A DNA stretch of 64,000 nucleotides. Source: Octopus sinensis (lineage: Eukaryota). The stretch spans positions 58,900,001 to 58,964,000 of the forward strand of contig NC_043009.1 in NCBI RefSeq assembly GCF_006345805.1. The letters are read 5' to 3'. The notes under the pieces are model-generated. The model saw only the letters and a program-made list of their open reading frames with translations. It was not told the origin of the DNA and ran no database searches. The translations under genes were made by a program, and so were the position numbers. Positions 40,349 through 53,904 of this stretch are shown in pieces. The number at the start of each line of letters is the position of its first letter. The stretch's first letter is position 1.

Positions 40349-40573
40349 AGGAGTTTATACATGTATGTGTGCATATGCGTGTGTATGTATAGTTAAACTT
40401 CAACACGGTCCTTCTCTACCCGCACAACCTACCTCACATCGTGAGCACCTTGCGCAGCATTTATTACAAATCACGACTCTAAGTGTTGGAATACTAGACT
40501 GGGGTACCGCTTACCTCATTGTTAATACTAATGTGCTAGCACGCAGGCTCACTCGGCAGTAAGAACAACAACT

Positions 40574-40609
<36 letters not shown>

Positions 40610-40781
40610 AAGGAGCACATGTGCACCTTCATTCTTGACTTTGTCCTCACTTTCTGTTTGGTTCACACTATCAGCGACTCCTGTTGACCTCTGTTGACCT
40701 GAGAGTGTCCTCGGAAGTACTCACTGATAACTTATCACTCGAATGGTATGTAATATACATACACGCGAAACATCAGTACAG

Positions 40782-40834
<53 letters not shown>

Positions 40835-41000
40835 CCAGCCACCATTTCCGTACATAGATTCGATGTGTGTATGTATGTATGCATGAATCTATGTAGTTAT
40901 TTAGTATGCATAAAAGAATGTCATAAACCATGTCTGCGTATATACACACACGTATGCGCACATATGCGCACACACACATATACATAAATGCGTATATACG

Positions 41001-41046
<46 letters not shown>

Positions 41047-41113
41047 CTACATGTAAATGTGGTGCGTGTGTACATGTGTATAAGTATATCTCTCCCTCCT
41101 CCCTATATACATA

Positions 41114-41157
<44 letters not shown>

Positions 41158-41951
41158 CACAATGCCCAAACATGAACAAAATGTGTTGTATGTGTGTGGT
41201 ATATACATATATGTATATATATGTATTTTTTTTTTTATTCATATCTATATATATATATATTATATATATATATATATATATTTATATAAATGTGTGTGTG
41301 TGTGTGTCTGTTTGTATTATATCATGTGTATATATGTATGTACATATAATTATATGTTTGTGTGTATGTGTGTATGTTGTGAAATTATGTATTGTATTAC
41401 GTATGTATAAACGTGTGCGGTGGCTGGTGTGTGATGGTGTGGTGTATAATGCGTGAAATACACATAAGTGTTAAGTATATGTACAGAGAGTGGCGACCTC
41501 TATGCCCCCTTGAAGAATGTGACTGCATAGATGCTGGGTCACGTTAGGACATTTGGATCAGAGCAGACAGTAAGCTAACGGGAGATGACAGGGAGTGGGT
41601 GTGATTATAGTTAGCTGTGATGGCAATGGAACTGGGGGTTTTTTGTTGTTGTTCTTGCTGTTATTGTCGGTAGTGCTCGAGGTGGTGGCGGCGGCGTTGT
41701 TGTTGTGGTGGTGGTGGTGGTTGTGGTTGTGGTTTAGGTATGATGGAAGGAGTTAGTTCACTTGCAAACGAGCTTCCTTTTTCCGTGTGTTGGAATTGAC
41801 ATGAAATTTACAAAAAAGAAAAAAGAAAAAAAGAAAAAGAAAGAAAAACAGTACAAAAAGCAGGACCAAAAAACAAAGGAACATGTAAGCACACGATGAA
41901 ACCATTCGACAGGAAACCCGTTGATGATGATAATAATAATGATAATAATAT

Positions 41952-41988
<37 letters not shown>

Positions 41989-42029
41989 ATAATAATATAA
42001 TAATAATAATAATGATAATAATAATAATA

Positions 42030-42076
<47 letters not shown>

Positions 42077-42138
42077 TTTGGTGATGATAATGATGCTGCT
42101 GGTGACGACGACGAGGAAGGTGAAGATGATGATGATGG

Positions 42139-42169
<31 letters not shown>

Positions 42170-42662
42170 GACGATGATGATGAAAACGATGGTGGTGGTG
42201 GTGGTTGTGGTGGGTGTGATGACGATGATGATGATAATAATGATGATGATGATGAAGATCATCATGATCATCATGATCATCATGATCATCATCGTCATTT
42301 GAATATTGCCAGAAGGGTCCAAATGTACAATACGAAATGCTTCGTCCTAGGAAAGAGGTTACGGAATGCGTGTGAATGTGCACGAACGGAATATGATAAA
42401 CGTTTTGGTGAGGTTAAAGTTGTAATACAATATACGAACAGAAGTTACATGGGTTTCCTTTTTTTTTTCTTTATGTTTTTACACAAAGCAAATACGTATG
42501 CATAAAATTCAAACTAGAACAACCTTATAGAGGTTAGAAAGTGCTACAAAGATAGTCTCAGGGTACCCCATTATTCTGTATACCTTCTGCAAACTGAGTT
42601 TTCCCAAATTGCCCCATGAGCTATTTCGATTTCAAGCGAGCCTTAAAGTATTAACATAATCT

Positions 42663-43064
42663 TATTTATTTATTGCCCACAGGGGACTAAACATAGAGGA
42701 GACAAACAAGGACAGACAAAGGGATTAAGTCTATTACATCGATCAGTGCGTAACTGGTACTTAGTTTATCGATCCTGAAAGGATGAATGGCAAAGTCGAC
42801 CTCGGCGGCATTAGAACTCAGAACGTAACGGCAGACGAAATACCTATTTCTTTACTACCCACAAGGAGCTAAACACAGAGAGGACAAACAAAGACAGACA
42901 AAAGGATTAAGTCGATTATATCAGCCCCAGTGCATAACTGGTACTTATTTAATCGACCCCGAAAGGATGAAAGGCAATGTCAACCTCGGCGGAATTTGAA
43001 CTCAGAACGTAACGGCAGACGAAATACCGCTACGCATTTCGTCCGGCGTGCTAACGATTCTGCC
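42663..43064 (-). mobile_element. SINE family A dimer
   Basis: Two bodies with junction GACGAAATACCTATTTCTTTA at about 42835. Confidence 0.85.
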
Positions 43065-43780
43065 GAAGCATGACTTATGCCATGTCGATAGACTTGTATC
43101 TTCAACATGCTATTTAATATGTCCTGCTTTCTGCTCCAGAATATCTGGCGAGTAGTCTGCTTCATTGTAAGGAACTTTGAATTTTTTATATCACATTTTG
43201 TCTGTGCTCACAATTTTTACCCCTCTTACTTTTAATTTTGATTTTGGCAGTTCCCTACTTTATCCAAAGTTCCTTCTTTTTCTCATCTCCGCGAAACGAC
43301 AGAACATTCCTATTTCCTTAATCTCTAACTAGTAGTTTGATGAAAAAGACTCTTCGTATTTTCAATCGTATTGACTTCTCAGGCTGGTGATACCACAGAT
43401 GAGGCATGTGATACACCATCCTTACAGCTTTCCTCCTTTCGATCTCCCTTTATAAACTAATCCCATGTCCGTACCAAGGATGGTAGAAGCACTTTCTCCT
43501 AAACAACTGCTAGGGTTTTCTGCAAGAATTCATTGGAAAGCATGTGGAGAACGCAGGTTTTTCTTTATATCTTTAGTGAAAAAACGGAGTAATATCAACT
43601 TTCTCCCCAATGTTTCTTCGAGTGGGCCATCGAGAAAGGAGGTATTGCATTTTGTGACATAGATTGCCTATGTTTCCTTATTTCATCCCGAGAACGAAGT
43701 TTTCAGTAAAGATAGTAAGGTTCTAGAGAGCACATTAGAAAAAGATGCATATTTTCTGAGTTGTTGATGTTTAAAATGTA

Positions 43781-44080
43781 GAGGTGCAATGGCCCAGTGG
43801 TTGGGACAGCGGACTCACGATCGTAGGATCGTGGTTTCGATTCCCATACCGGACGTTGTAAGTGTTTATTGAGCGAAAACACCTAAAGCTCTACCAGGCT
43901 CCGGCAGGGGTCGTGCTGAACCTTGCTGTACACTTTTACCACAACTTTCTCTCACTTTTTCTTCCTGTTTCTATTTCAAATATCCAGCCTTGTCACACTC
44001 TGAGTCACGCTGAAATTCCCCGAGAACTATGGACCTGTGGAGTATTCAGCCACTGACACGTTAATTTCTCGAGCAGGAAG
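43781..44080 (+). mobile_element. tRNA-derived SINE, body Y + tail Q
   Basis: GAGGTGCAATGGCCCAGTGG..GGTTTCGATTCCC head; GAGCGAAAACACCTAAAGCTC body; CAGCCTTGTCACACTCTGAGTCACGCTG tail. Confidence 0.8.
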
Positions 44081-44377
44081 AGTGCCACGACGATGTTTAA
44101 ACTTATGATTATTAACTTCTAGCCATGACCATCACATCGTTCTATATATCAGCAACTTTCTCCAATATATAATTTCTTTGTAGGATTTTGGTTTCAGGAG
44201 AGACTGGCTGTTATTTCCAGCTGTTTTAGCGATCAAGTACCTACTGGCTGATGAGGTAAAGTCGTTCTTATATTGTTCCTGTTGTTGTTCCCATCTTCAG
44301 CAAACTTATGAGCAACGGTGTCCAGTTATAATTAGACAACATGTAGGAGAAAAGGATATAGGCTCACTCCTAACTAT

Positions 44378-44980
44378 AGGCGTAGGCTATGTGGCTGTGT
44401 GGCAAGAAGCTTGCTTCCCAAAGATATGGTGGGAAGCCACTGCATGGCACCTTGAACAAGTGTCTACTACTATAGCCTCGGGTCAACGAATGCCTTCTGA
44501 TACAGTTCTATATTTAAGAGATGGGAAGTATGTACATTATTTACATTATTTACATTTGATGAAGGCTGGACGGACATCAGCCGAAACATTGTGTTGGCAA
44601 CAAACAAGATGAGGAAAAATATCCGTCAGTTGTAAATAATGTAAGTAATGTAATGCCCTGTGAGTTGATTTCGTAGACGGAAACTGAAAGAAGCCCGACG
44701 TATATATATATATAGATAGATAGATAGATATATAGTGTGTGTGTGTGTGTTTGTATGTGTGAGTGCGTGTGTTTTTTTTGTGTCTGTGTGTGTTCCCACA
44801 TCACTGCTTGTCAACCCTGTTGGTGTGTTTACGTCTCCGTAACCTAGCGGTTCGGCAAAAATACTGATAGAATAAGTACTAAGCTTTAAAAATATGCACC
44901 GAAGTCGATTTCTCTATTAGAACCCTTCAAGGTGGTGCTCCAGCACGGCCGCAGTCAAATGACTGTAACAAGTAAATGAA
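44378..44980 (+). mobile_element. SINE family B carrying a 155-bp nested insertion
   Basis: Family B head and tail; foreign segment 44497-44651 flanked by AATGCCTT/AATGCCCT. Confidence 0.8.
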
Positions 44981-45243
44981 AAAACAAAAAGAATATATGT
45001 TTTTCTATTTCTGGTTTAGGGGATATTTAGCTAAAATTTCTAGCAGGGTGTGTGACCAAGTGTGAGGTCCCATCTTCTTGGTAGCGTTATGCGTAGCTCC
45101 TTCTTAAGTGAACCTGATTCTATCAGAAACCTTTCTAGCTTTTCTTTTATGGATTGTTAGACACACATGTGAGTCAAGAAGTGTAAACGTTTCGTAAAGA
45201 TGATGGATAGGGAATAAACCGGAGTAAAAGGGAGCATCTACGT

Positions 45244-45853
45244 CAGTGGTTCCCAATCTTTTTCGGGTTGCCGCCCCCGTGACATCCAGGCCATTTCCTA
45301 GCGCCCCCAGTCCAACTAACCATCACAATCATTGACCTCTCCCTTCTGCAAATTCAAAGCAACTGTATTTCACAGATAAAACATAACCGAATGGACTCGT
45401 TATTTTTCTTGTTTTTACATGAACCACTCCCCATTGTCACCCCACTTTACTTCAACACCCCCTTAGTGGAGGCACATGGCCTAGTGGTTAGAGCAGCGGA
45501 CTCGCGGTCGAGGGATTGCAGGTTCGAATCTCAGACCGGGCGATGTGTGTGTTTATGAGCGAAAACACCTAAACTCCACGTGGCTCCGGCAGAAGGTAAT
45601 GGCGAACTTACTGCTGACTCATTCGCCACAACTTTCGCTCACTCTTTCCTCCTGCATCTTGCAGCTCTCCTGCGACGGACCGGCGTCCCGTCCAGGTGGG
45701 GAACCTATATGCCAAGGAAACCGGGAAACCGGGCACTTATGAGCCAGGTATGACTCGAGAAGGAACAAACAAAAACACCCCCCTTGGAACTTTCCATCGA
45801 CCCCAGTGGTGGTGGTGGGGGGGGGGCAATATCGCCCTCTTTGAGAACCACTG
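45244..45853. mobile_element. hAT-family MITE with nested SINE
   Basis: TIRs CAGTGGTTCCCAA / TTGAGAACCACTG; 8-bp TSD ATCTACGT / ATCTACGA (7 of 8 match). 8-bp TSD and CAG termini are typical of hAT. Confidence 0.85.
45465..45773 (+). mobile_element. tRNA-derived SINE, body Y + tail P, inserted in the hAT MITE
   Basis: GGAGGCACATGGCCTAGTGG..GGTTCGAATC head; about 11-bp TSD AACACCCCC(C)TT on both sides. Confidence 0.85.
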
Positions 45854-46435
45854 ATCTACGAGATCATCATACCAGCTGGAAGTAGTAACCAATTTTACTT
45901 TCTAGTCATACTAAACGTCTTAAACAAATACGAGATTACATTGCTACGGTTACATTGCTTTTGTAGAAAGACTGCATATGCAGGGCTGATGAGAAGTTTA
46001 ACAACGACAACAAGAGCGTCAGGCAAAACACCAACGACAACACCACCACCAGCAACAACAACAACGACAACATCAACAACAACAACAGTAGCTGCAATAA
46101 ATTAATAATTTCAATTTTCACATATTGTACTATTTGTGTGAATGCAATAAAGTATTTGCATTGTTTATTTTTCTCAAACCGTTTTATTATCCTGTTTTAA
46201 ATTTATTTTGCATTGTCACGGAACAGCCACCTTTTCAATAATGAGACTGACACGCTGCCTACTGCGCTATCGACATTAACGGGGGAGCCACCACGTGGGC
46301 ATTTAGATCCGCTAGAAATAGCAACGAGATCTCACTTGAATACGCACTATATACGCACTATCCCTCTTTTTAACAGAAAACATTGAGTAATTGATAGGTT
46401 CCTTGATACACAGTATTGAAAAACAGTTATACACA

Positions 46436-46729
46436 TAGGCGCAGGAGCCGTATAGGCGTAGTAATGGTTTTGTGGTAAGTAGCTTGCTTACCAACCACAT
46501 GGTCCTGGGTTCAGTCCCACTGCGTGGCACCTTGGGTAAGTGTCTTTTACCAGAGTGGATTTAGTAGACGGAAACTGAAAGAAGCCCGTCGTATATATAT
46601 ATATATATATATATTAATCCAAACAGAAAACACAAACACGCGAGGACGTGGAACAAGTTAGTGCATAGGACGCGCAGGAAAGGAAGAATATATATATATA
46701 TATATATATATATATCTATAGATATATAT

Positions 46730-46811
<82 letters not shown>

Positions 46812-46950
46812 CTTATCGGTGCGAGAAATGAGACCGATGGAAGAAGTACAAGGCTTACAAAGAATAAGTCATGGGGCCAATTTCTTCGACTAAAGGCGGT
46901 GCTCCAACATCGCCGAAGTCAAAATGACTGAAACAAATAAAAGAATAAAA
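46436..46950 (+). mobile_element. SINE family B (rearranged; about 75-bp foreign piece inside the TA linker)
   Basis: Family B head and tail modules around an expanded (TA)n. Confidence 0.75.
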
Positions 46951-46955
46951 CAATA

Positions 46956-46995
<40 letters not shown>

Positions 46996-48003
46996 TCGTG
47001 GTTAGAATGCCTTTCTCATCATAAATCTTGATCCCTAATAGCAACCGATCTTAGCGAATTTTTTTTTTTACCGGATGTTGTCGTTATTATTCTTTGCTAT
47101 TTAACCCCACGCTACTCCTGATCCACCTGACCTATATTCAAAGATGTTACAGCCTGCCTTGACCTTTCGACGCCATAGCTTTTCCCTTCTTTCCCCTTCA
47201 AACATATTGATTACATCGCTCAGTGTGTCCTTCATTATTTTGTAACGAGTAACGAGTAGAGTGTAAATGCAAAGAGATTCAACTGATATTTTTTAAGCCG
47301 ACAAAGTGACAACATACATTTATCTTCGATGCATCGGTTAGAATAATTTAATTCTAGGTGTGTTCTTGATAAAAGTGATTTACACGTAATAATTCACTAG
47401 TTAACATAATTACCGCCATCTTGTCAATTAGTGTGAAATCTTCCTAAAATGAAAGGACAACTCTACCAAAACATCTAGGCATGAATATGGATGTTTACTG
47501 CTGCCGCTTCTGTAGCTACTGTTACTCCTGCTCCTGATGCGGCTACTGCCGCTGTTGTAGCTGATGTTTAATATGATGACTGTGTTGTTTGTTGGCTGGT
47601 TAAATCTGATCTGAAAGTTTCATTATCAAAGAAGTCCCATCTTTCATACTACGCTTCTTTATTTCTTCCTTTGCATGTTCAGAACAGAATTATCTATTGT
47701 AATTAATTTAAAAAGAAAAAGAAGAAAAAAAGAAAAATATTTAAAGACTTTGTGACTGTCGTTTTCAAATAATCGGCTGTGGAATTACACTGGTTTGCAG
47801 CAGAAAGCATCTAGGTTCGCGGCAAATATCTAAAAATATAGTTCAATGCTTTAGAAAATTCACTGCAAATCTCCAACGTGTTCTTCACTTCTATCTTCAT
47901 ATATGACGAGCAAAACGGTGCTGAGTTGTCAAACATTTAAACCAAATTTAAACCGAAACAATTTATCCGCCCGTCCCATAGGCCTCTCCTTTGAGAAACA
48001 CTG

Positions 48004-48258
48004 ATTTAACCCAAATTTGAGACACCGTGCAGTTTTCCCTTGTACGCAGAGTATCGATCGCAACAGCTGATGTACTTACGCGTACAAATGCATGTTCCCA
48101 CGGCTTTATCAATCGCATTCTCACCTGGAATCGATTTTTGCACGCCTTGATACCGTCGGTATCTACATATCAAATTTGAGCGCGCAATCGGATGGAGGAT
48201 GCCCGAGCTCCTGAAAGACACACACACAGACAGACAGAACGGATTTTATATAATAGAT
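48004..48258 (-). mobile_element. Possible Helitron-type non-autonomous element, 5' portion
   Basis: Minus strand starts A|TCTATTATATAAAATCCGTTCTGTCTGTCTGTGTG, the same architecture as the 5' ends of the 14667 and 62288 elements; no clear CTAG end found. Confidence 0.35.
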
Positions 48259-48620
48259 CATGATGTTTGGTAATGACCAAATAAGGACAATCCCGAATAC
48301 AGCGGCCGAAATGGATTTTCGCAAAAGGATCTCTGGAGTAAGGTTACCCGAGAGGGTCCATTGCTCGGAAATCAGGATGTCTCTCCAAGTCGAGCCGCTG
48401 CTTCAACGTATATGGAGGTCACAACACCAGTACTACGGACATGAGATTAGAATGTCGCAGGAAAGACTCACAAGACACATTCTTGAAGCCGAGAGAACTG
48501 GCAGAACCTGGAAGTAATTAAGAACAAGTTGGGTGGATAATAGCCATCATCTCAACTTGACGTGCTTGGGAATCCCGCTGAAAAGTGTGATGACGATTAC
48601 ATCCTATTGGGGGAGGTGCT
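48259..48620 (+). mobile_element. RTE-clade LINE 3' fragment
   Basis: AAEMDFRKRISGVRLPERVHCSEIRMSLQVEPLLQRIWRSQHQYYGHEIRM..ERL matches the RTE C-terminal consensus (AAEMxFLR..V.LL.RIERSQLRWYGHV.RM). Confidence 0.8.
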
Positions 48621-48883
48621 TGAAGATTTTTCACTCCACAGCTCTCCCAGGAATAGATGGGTGGGTGAATGAATGGGTGGATGGATGGATGGGTTGCTGT
48701 AATGTTGGTGATGGTGTTGGTGTTGTTAGTGTTTGATGGTAAAGCCTGTGCGGGATGGGTAATAGTTGCAGAAACCGGTACTAACCATTACAAAATGTAT
48801 TTCATGATAAAATTACTTTACCATTTTCTACCTTGCCTTAATTTCCTTATACATATCAATTCGTGTGTCACTTTCAACATTAC

Positions 48884-48928
<45 letters not shown>

Positions 48929-49175
48929 CGTGTATGCATGTGCAAGTGTGTTTATATATTTACGTATGTTTATTTGTGATCAGCGGGCATTAAAAATGGC
49001 GAGGAGGGGAAAGAGAAAGAGAGAGGGAGACCCAAAGGCTTCAAACTGACCCCAATCTCTAAGGGGAGTCCTGGTAAGTGAAGAACAGCAAGTGAAAGCA
49101 TGATTTACATATCGGTTAGATACATAAACTTTTACTGTCCACATCATTATCAACATCAACAGCTGTTCACTACTA

Positions 49176-49216
<41 letters not shown>

Positions 49217-49219
49217 ATC

Positions 49220-49252
<33 letters not shown>

Positions 49253-49655
49253 CACTACTACTACTACTACTACCACTACCACTACCACTACAACTACTAC
49301 TTCTACCACCACCATCACCACCACCACCACTACTAGTAGTACTACTAGTAAAACCAGTACCTACACCAACACCACACCATTACTACTACTACTAAAACCA
49401 CCACCTACTACTACAACTGACACCACCACCATCACTACCAGCAGTACAACCACCATCACCACTACTACTACTACTACTACTCCATATATGACTACGTCTA
49501 TCGTGGTTAAACCACAAGGATGCCCCACGGATTAAAAATCAACAAAACAGGCCAATGAAGGAACATCTACACATTTGTTTCAGGTGCTAGAATTAGCAGC
49601 GAAATATCTCTGGAATACCAAATGAGTGATTTTGTTGCTGTAAATGATGTGAAGT

Positions 49656-49975
49656 GAGGGCGCGTGGCTTAGTGGTTAGGGCATTCGGCTCATGATCGTA
49701 AGGTTGTGAGTTCGATTCCCGGCGACGCGTTGTGTCCTTGAGCAAGACACTTTATTTCACGTTGCTCCAGTCCACTCAGCTGGCAAAAATGAGTTGTACT
49801 TGTATTTCAAAGGGTCAGCCTTGTCACTCTCTGTGTCACGCTGATTATCCCCGAGAACTACGTTAAGGGTACACGTGTCTGTGGAATGCTCAGCCATTTG
49901 CACGTTAATTTCACGAGCAAGCTGTTCCGTTGATCGTATCAGCTGGGACCCTCGTCGTCGTAACCGGCGGAGTCT
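49656..49975 (+). mobile_element. tRNA-derived SINE, body X + tail Q
   Basis: GAGGGCGCGTGGCTTAGTGG..GAGTTCGATTCCC; GTGTCCTTGAGCAAGACACTT CORE-like; CAGCCTTGTCACTCTCTGTGTCACGCTG tail. Confidence 0.8.
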
Positions 49976-50181
49976 TAGAAATGATGTGAATTAATATAAA
50001 CGACGAGATGGCCATGGTTGGCACCTGTCGAATGTACGTCTGCCGCTTGATTATGAGACCACGACTGTAAATCAACAATATCTCTCGCCGTTCATTGTAC
50101 CATCCATCTATATGAATGCAATTGCTAATAGTATCGCAGATAAGGGAAAGAGGGAGAGAGAGAGAGAGAGAGAGGGACGGA

Positions 50182-50281
50182 NNNNNNNNNNNNNNNNNNN
50201 NNNNNNNNNNNNNNNNNNNNNNNNNNNNNNNNNNNNNNNNNNNNNNNNNNNNNNNNNNNNNNNNNNNNNNNNNNNNNNNNN
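50182..50281. other. Assembly gap (100 N)
   Basis: Run of exactly 100 N, a standard unsized-gap placeholder. Confidence 0.99.
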
Positions 50282-50289
50282 AAGAGTGT

Positions 50290-51100
50290 AGCGATGAAGA
50301 GAAGAGTGGAAGAGAATGAGGAATGTAAAACCAGTTAGGGAGAGGAGAGAGAAGAAAGTCGGAAAATGGTACTTGTCCATTATGCAGGGGAGTGATGAAG
50401 AGAGATGTGCGAAATAATAGATGAAATCGAGAAAGATTGTTTGGTGATAAAGAGAAAGAGAGCGCGAGATGAGAGAGGAGAGAGTAAGAAAAGTGAGTAA
50501 GGGGAAATGGCGAGAAATTGAAGAAATGTGTTTGTTGTGAATCAACCGAGCAGAAACAGAGATAGCAGAGTCAATGGGCTATCAAATAATCAGTTGAAGT
50601 GATCGATAGTTCAAATATGTCCACTAGCACAGTATTGTGCATGTGGTTCAGGACATTTAACTCTCATACGATTGCACGTATCATAGAGTTATGTAGTCTT
50701 ATAGATGTGAAAGTTGGAACGGTTTTATTGTAAGGAGTCGGAAGGAGACGTGTGGGACTGACGAGTGTTTTGATTTGTCTGGAAGAAGGCGAATATTGGA
50801 GTGAACGAGATTATCAATATATATTCTGTCGAGCAGGGACTTTCTCAGGGTCAAACCAGATCAACCTCGGTAATCAGAATTCTATAGGGTCAACGTAAAG
50901 TCATTGAGCTTCTAGGAAGTAAAAAGAAATCTTCCTGAAGTACAATCTTAACGTATTAGAAACGGAAGGACAAACGGGTGGCGACTTGGAGGCTTAAGTT
51001 CATAGGTCTGCTTGATCAGGGCAAAGATAATAATGAATTTTAAAAATTTGATGTTTGAGAGACACAAGGTAAGTCTTTTCGTCGAGAGGGGTTTATCGAT
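50290..51100 (-). mobile_element. Possible second Penelope-like RT remnant
   Basis: Minus ORF IFLDFIYYFAHLSSSLPCIMDKYHF resembles PLE RT FLDxIxxPLVxxLPSYIxDxxHF; highly degraded. Confidence 0.35.
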
Positions 51101-51104
51101 AATT

Positions 51105-51339
51105 CCAATCTTAGTACTTGACAATGGTTTCAAAATTTGACACAAAGATAAAAAGTTTGGGACAAAGGTCAAGTCAATTACATCGATCTCAGTACTCGAC
51201 TGGTGTTTATTTCATTGACCCTGAAAAGATAAACGGCAAAGCCGACCTCGGCGGAATTTGAAATCAGAACGTAACGGCAGACGAAATACCGCTAAGCATT
51301 TAGCCCGGCGTACTAACGTTTCTGCCAGCTCGCCGCCTT
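51105..51339 (-). mobile_element. SINE family A monomer
   Basis: Head and central domain as in the other family A copies; diverged tail. Confidence 0.8.
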
Positions 51340-51425
51340 ACACAGGTGTAATATTGATATATTCGATCAGGTTCTGGGTGAAAGAATCAGTAAATATATA
51401 TATATGTGTGTGTGCGTGTGTGTGT

Positions 51426-51463
<38 letters not shown>

Positions 51464-52680
51464 AGTGTGAGTAAGTGAGTGAGACAGAGAGCGAGACACA
51501 GCCAGAGACGAAGAGAGGCAAGAAGCTCGTAGTGCCAACACGCGAAAAGCCAAGTAGGAACAGAATCTTGGGTAGAGGAGGAAAGTAAGGTGTGAACGAG
51601 TGATACAAAAACTATGAATGGTAAGAGAAACCAAGGAGTGAGAAATTTTTCTACATGACTTACAGGTGCAATCTAACTGCTGTGATTCCATGCAGTTTCC
51701 GTCAGCCAAATTTCACATTCAAAGCTCATACACAATGCAAACTGCACCGGGTTCCCCCAACGGTTACTCTAACGCATGAATGCACAAATGTGCTTAAACG
51801 TATAGTGAAACAGCTTTGCAGATACATAATCATATCTACCGACACATGCGCGTATATATATATATATATACATAGATGGATTAAGGGAAAATGAAAATCA
51901 ATGTTAAAGAAACAATCAAACGGTTCCGAGGTAATTATGTAATTATATATGAGTATGTATGTATGTGTATATGTATGTATGTATATATCTGTGTATGTAT
52001 GTATGTATGTATGTATGTATGTATGTATGTATATATCTGTGTATGTATGTATATATGTATGCATGTATGTATGTATATATGTATGTGTGCATGTATACGT
52101 ATATATATATATATATATGTATGCATGCATGTATCGATGCATGCATGTATGTATGCATGTATGTATGTATGTATGTATGTATGTATGTATGTATGTATAT
52201 ATGTATGTATGCATGTATGTATGTATGTATGTGCGTGTGTACGTATGTATAGGAATATATAAGATCAATGTTATGTTAATCTGACTTATCTAAGAACTTT
52301 TTATGAAATTAATAATTTAAAATTTAAGAAACTCTTTTTACAAATACATACATATATAAAGATATTTAGGCATAATAGATACACACACATACACACACAC
52401 AGGTTCATACCTGTATCTACATTTGTGTGTGAATGTGCACACGTGTGTACATTAAAGTATGTATATTATATAAAGAAGAATACACACATATTTGGGATTA
52501 TCTTCTTTATAAACTTAAAGATTATTCTTGGCAAAAAAATCTCAGGGCAAAATCTATATACATACTTGCGTACACACGCAAGGCATATTAATACTAGCTG
52601 AATAACCCGGCGTTGCCCGGTTTACTGCTGTTCTTATTCAGATTAGTAAACAATAGATATAAATATATATTGTCTTAGTT

Positions 52681-52942
52681 GAGTGGCTGTGTGGTAAGTA
52701 CCTTGCTTACCAACCACATGGTTCCGGGTTCAGTCCCACTGCGTGGCACCTTGGTAGACTGCAACTGAAAGAAGCCCAATGTTCGTTTCCATTTTTTTCT
52801 TTTTATGTTTTCGTTTCTCATTGTGGTCAACTTTTTTTGATCTCCTGTACCCATATATATGCATGTATATATACATATAGATGTAGGTATGTACATATAT
52901 GTATGTATCTATGCATATATTTATATATTATTTATATTATTG

Positions 52943-53032
<90 letters not shown>

Positions 53033-53242
53033 TGTTTGTGTGTCTGTGTTTGTCCCCTAAACATCGCTTGACAACAGATGCTGGTGTATTACGTCCCCGT
53101 AACTTAGCGGTCCGGCAAAAGAACCTATAGAATATGTACTAGGCTTACAAAGAATATGTCCTGGGGTCGAGTTGCTCGAATAAACGCGGTGCTCCAGCAT
53201 GGCCGCAGTCAAATCACTGAAAGAATTAAAAGAGTAAAAGAG
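52681..53242 (+). mobile_element. SINE family B (5'-truncated) inserted in the Helitron 3' region
   Basis: GAGTGGCTGTGTGGTAAG head through ..CAGTCAAATCACTGAAAG tail. Confidence 0.8.
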
Positions 53243-53632
53243 TATATTTATATTTTATTTTAAATATCCAAATTGTTATGATAATAGAATTTCGAACTGG
53301 AAATCTGTCAATGTTGAAGCACCTCAGGGTAAACAATATTCATTGTTTCATTTTTGTTGGTGTTGAAATGAATAAATTGTTGCTGTGTCCAACTCACGAG
53401 GAAGCAACATAGTGTTGGGCGTGGGAGAAGAATGTAGCAGAGAGATCAAGTGCAACCACCTTGAGATATGCTAATTGAGATTTGTTAATCGAAATAACAA
53501 AACTTAGTTCGACTGGAAACTGAAGTGTCTTAAATTCAAATTGAACATCTGTAGGTATGAGAGGAATTTTTGAAATAAAGACGTTTTCTCCTTTGTAACT
53601 ACGTGTTATGATTGTTGCCTATAGTACATGGG

Positions 53633-53904
53633 AAACTACCACCTGTGTCATCTCTTGTGAAAGGTAAGAGAGTCCAGTTTGCTGGACATTGTTGTAGAGC
53701 TGAAAACGAGGTAATTTCTACTCTTCTCCTCTGGAAGCCATCTACTCGCGATACCAGAGGGCGGACACTCTCCTACCCAGATGTAATCTCCAGGGATACA
53801 GGCATCCAGCAACAGGACCTCCGTAATGCCATGATGGACCGTGAAGTCTGGGGTAGCATGGTAAATTCCGTTGCCTCGACCACGGTCGAACAATGATGAT
53901 AATG
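53633..53904 (+). mobile_element. 5'-truncated RTE-type LINE insertion with 12-bp TSD
   Basis: KLPPVSSLVKGKRVQFAGHCCRAENEVISTLLLWKP..RGRTLSYPDVISRDTG..AMMDREVW..EQ*, (TGA)n-like tail; TSD ATAGTACATGGG at 53621-53632 and 53905-53916. Confidence 0.9.

Noticed and set aside
43200-43740. Additional RTE-like remnant on the minus strand
   Set aside because: Only faint resemblance by eye; I could not recover a convincing motif.
45465-45545. tRNA gene (also the heads at 30054, 43781, 49656)
   Set aside because: A/B boxes are present but each continues into a shared SINE body; the 45465 copy has a TSD; I did not see a complete acceptor stem.
47985-48002. hAT element ending at TTGAGAAACACTG
   Set aside because: Only one TIR-like end found; no matching left TIR or TSD.
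50108-50545. ORFs spanning the N run
   Set aside because: Artefacts of translating across an unsized assembly gap.
52594-52657. 64-bp mini-Helitron (TC...hairpin-CTAG)
   Set aside because: Better explained as the 3' terminus of the larger helicase-coding Helitron; the apparent TC start is probably fortuitous.
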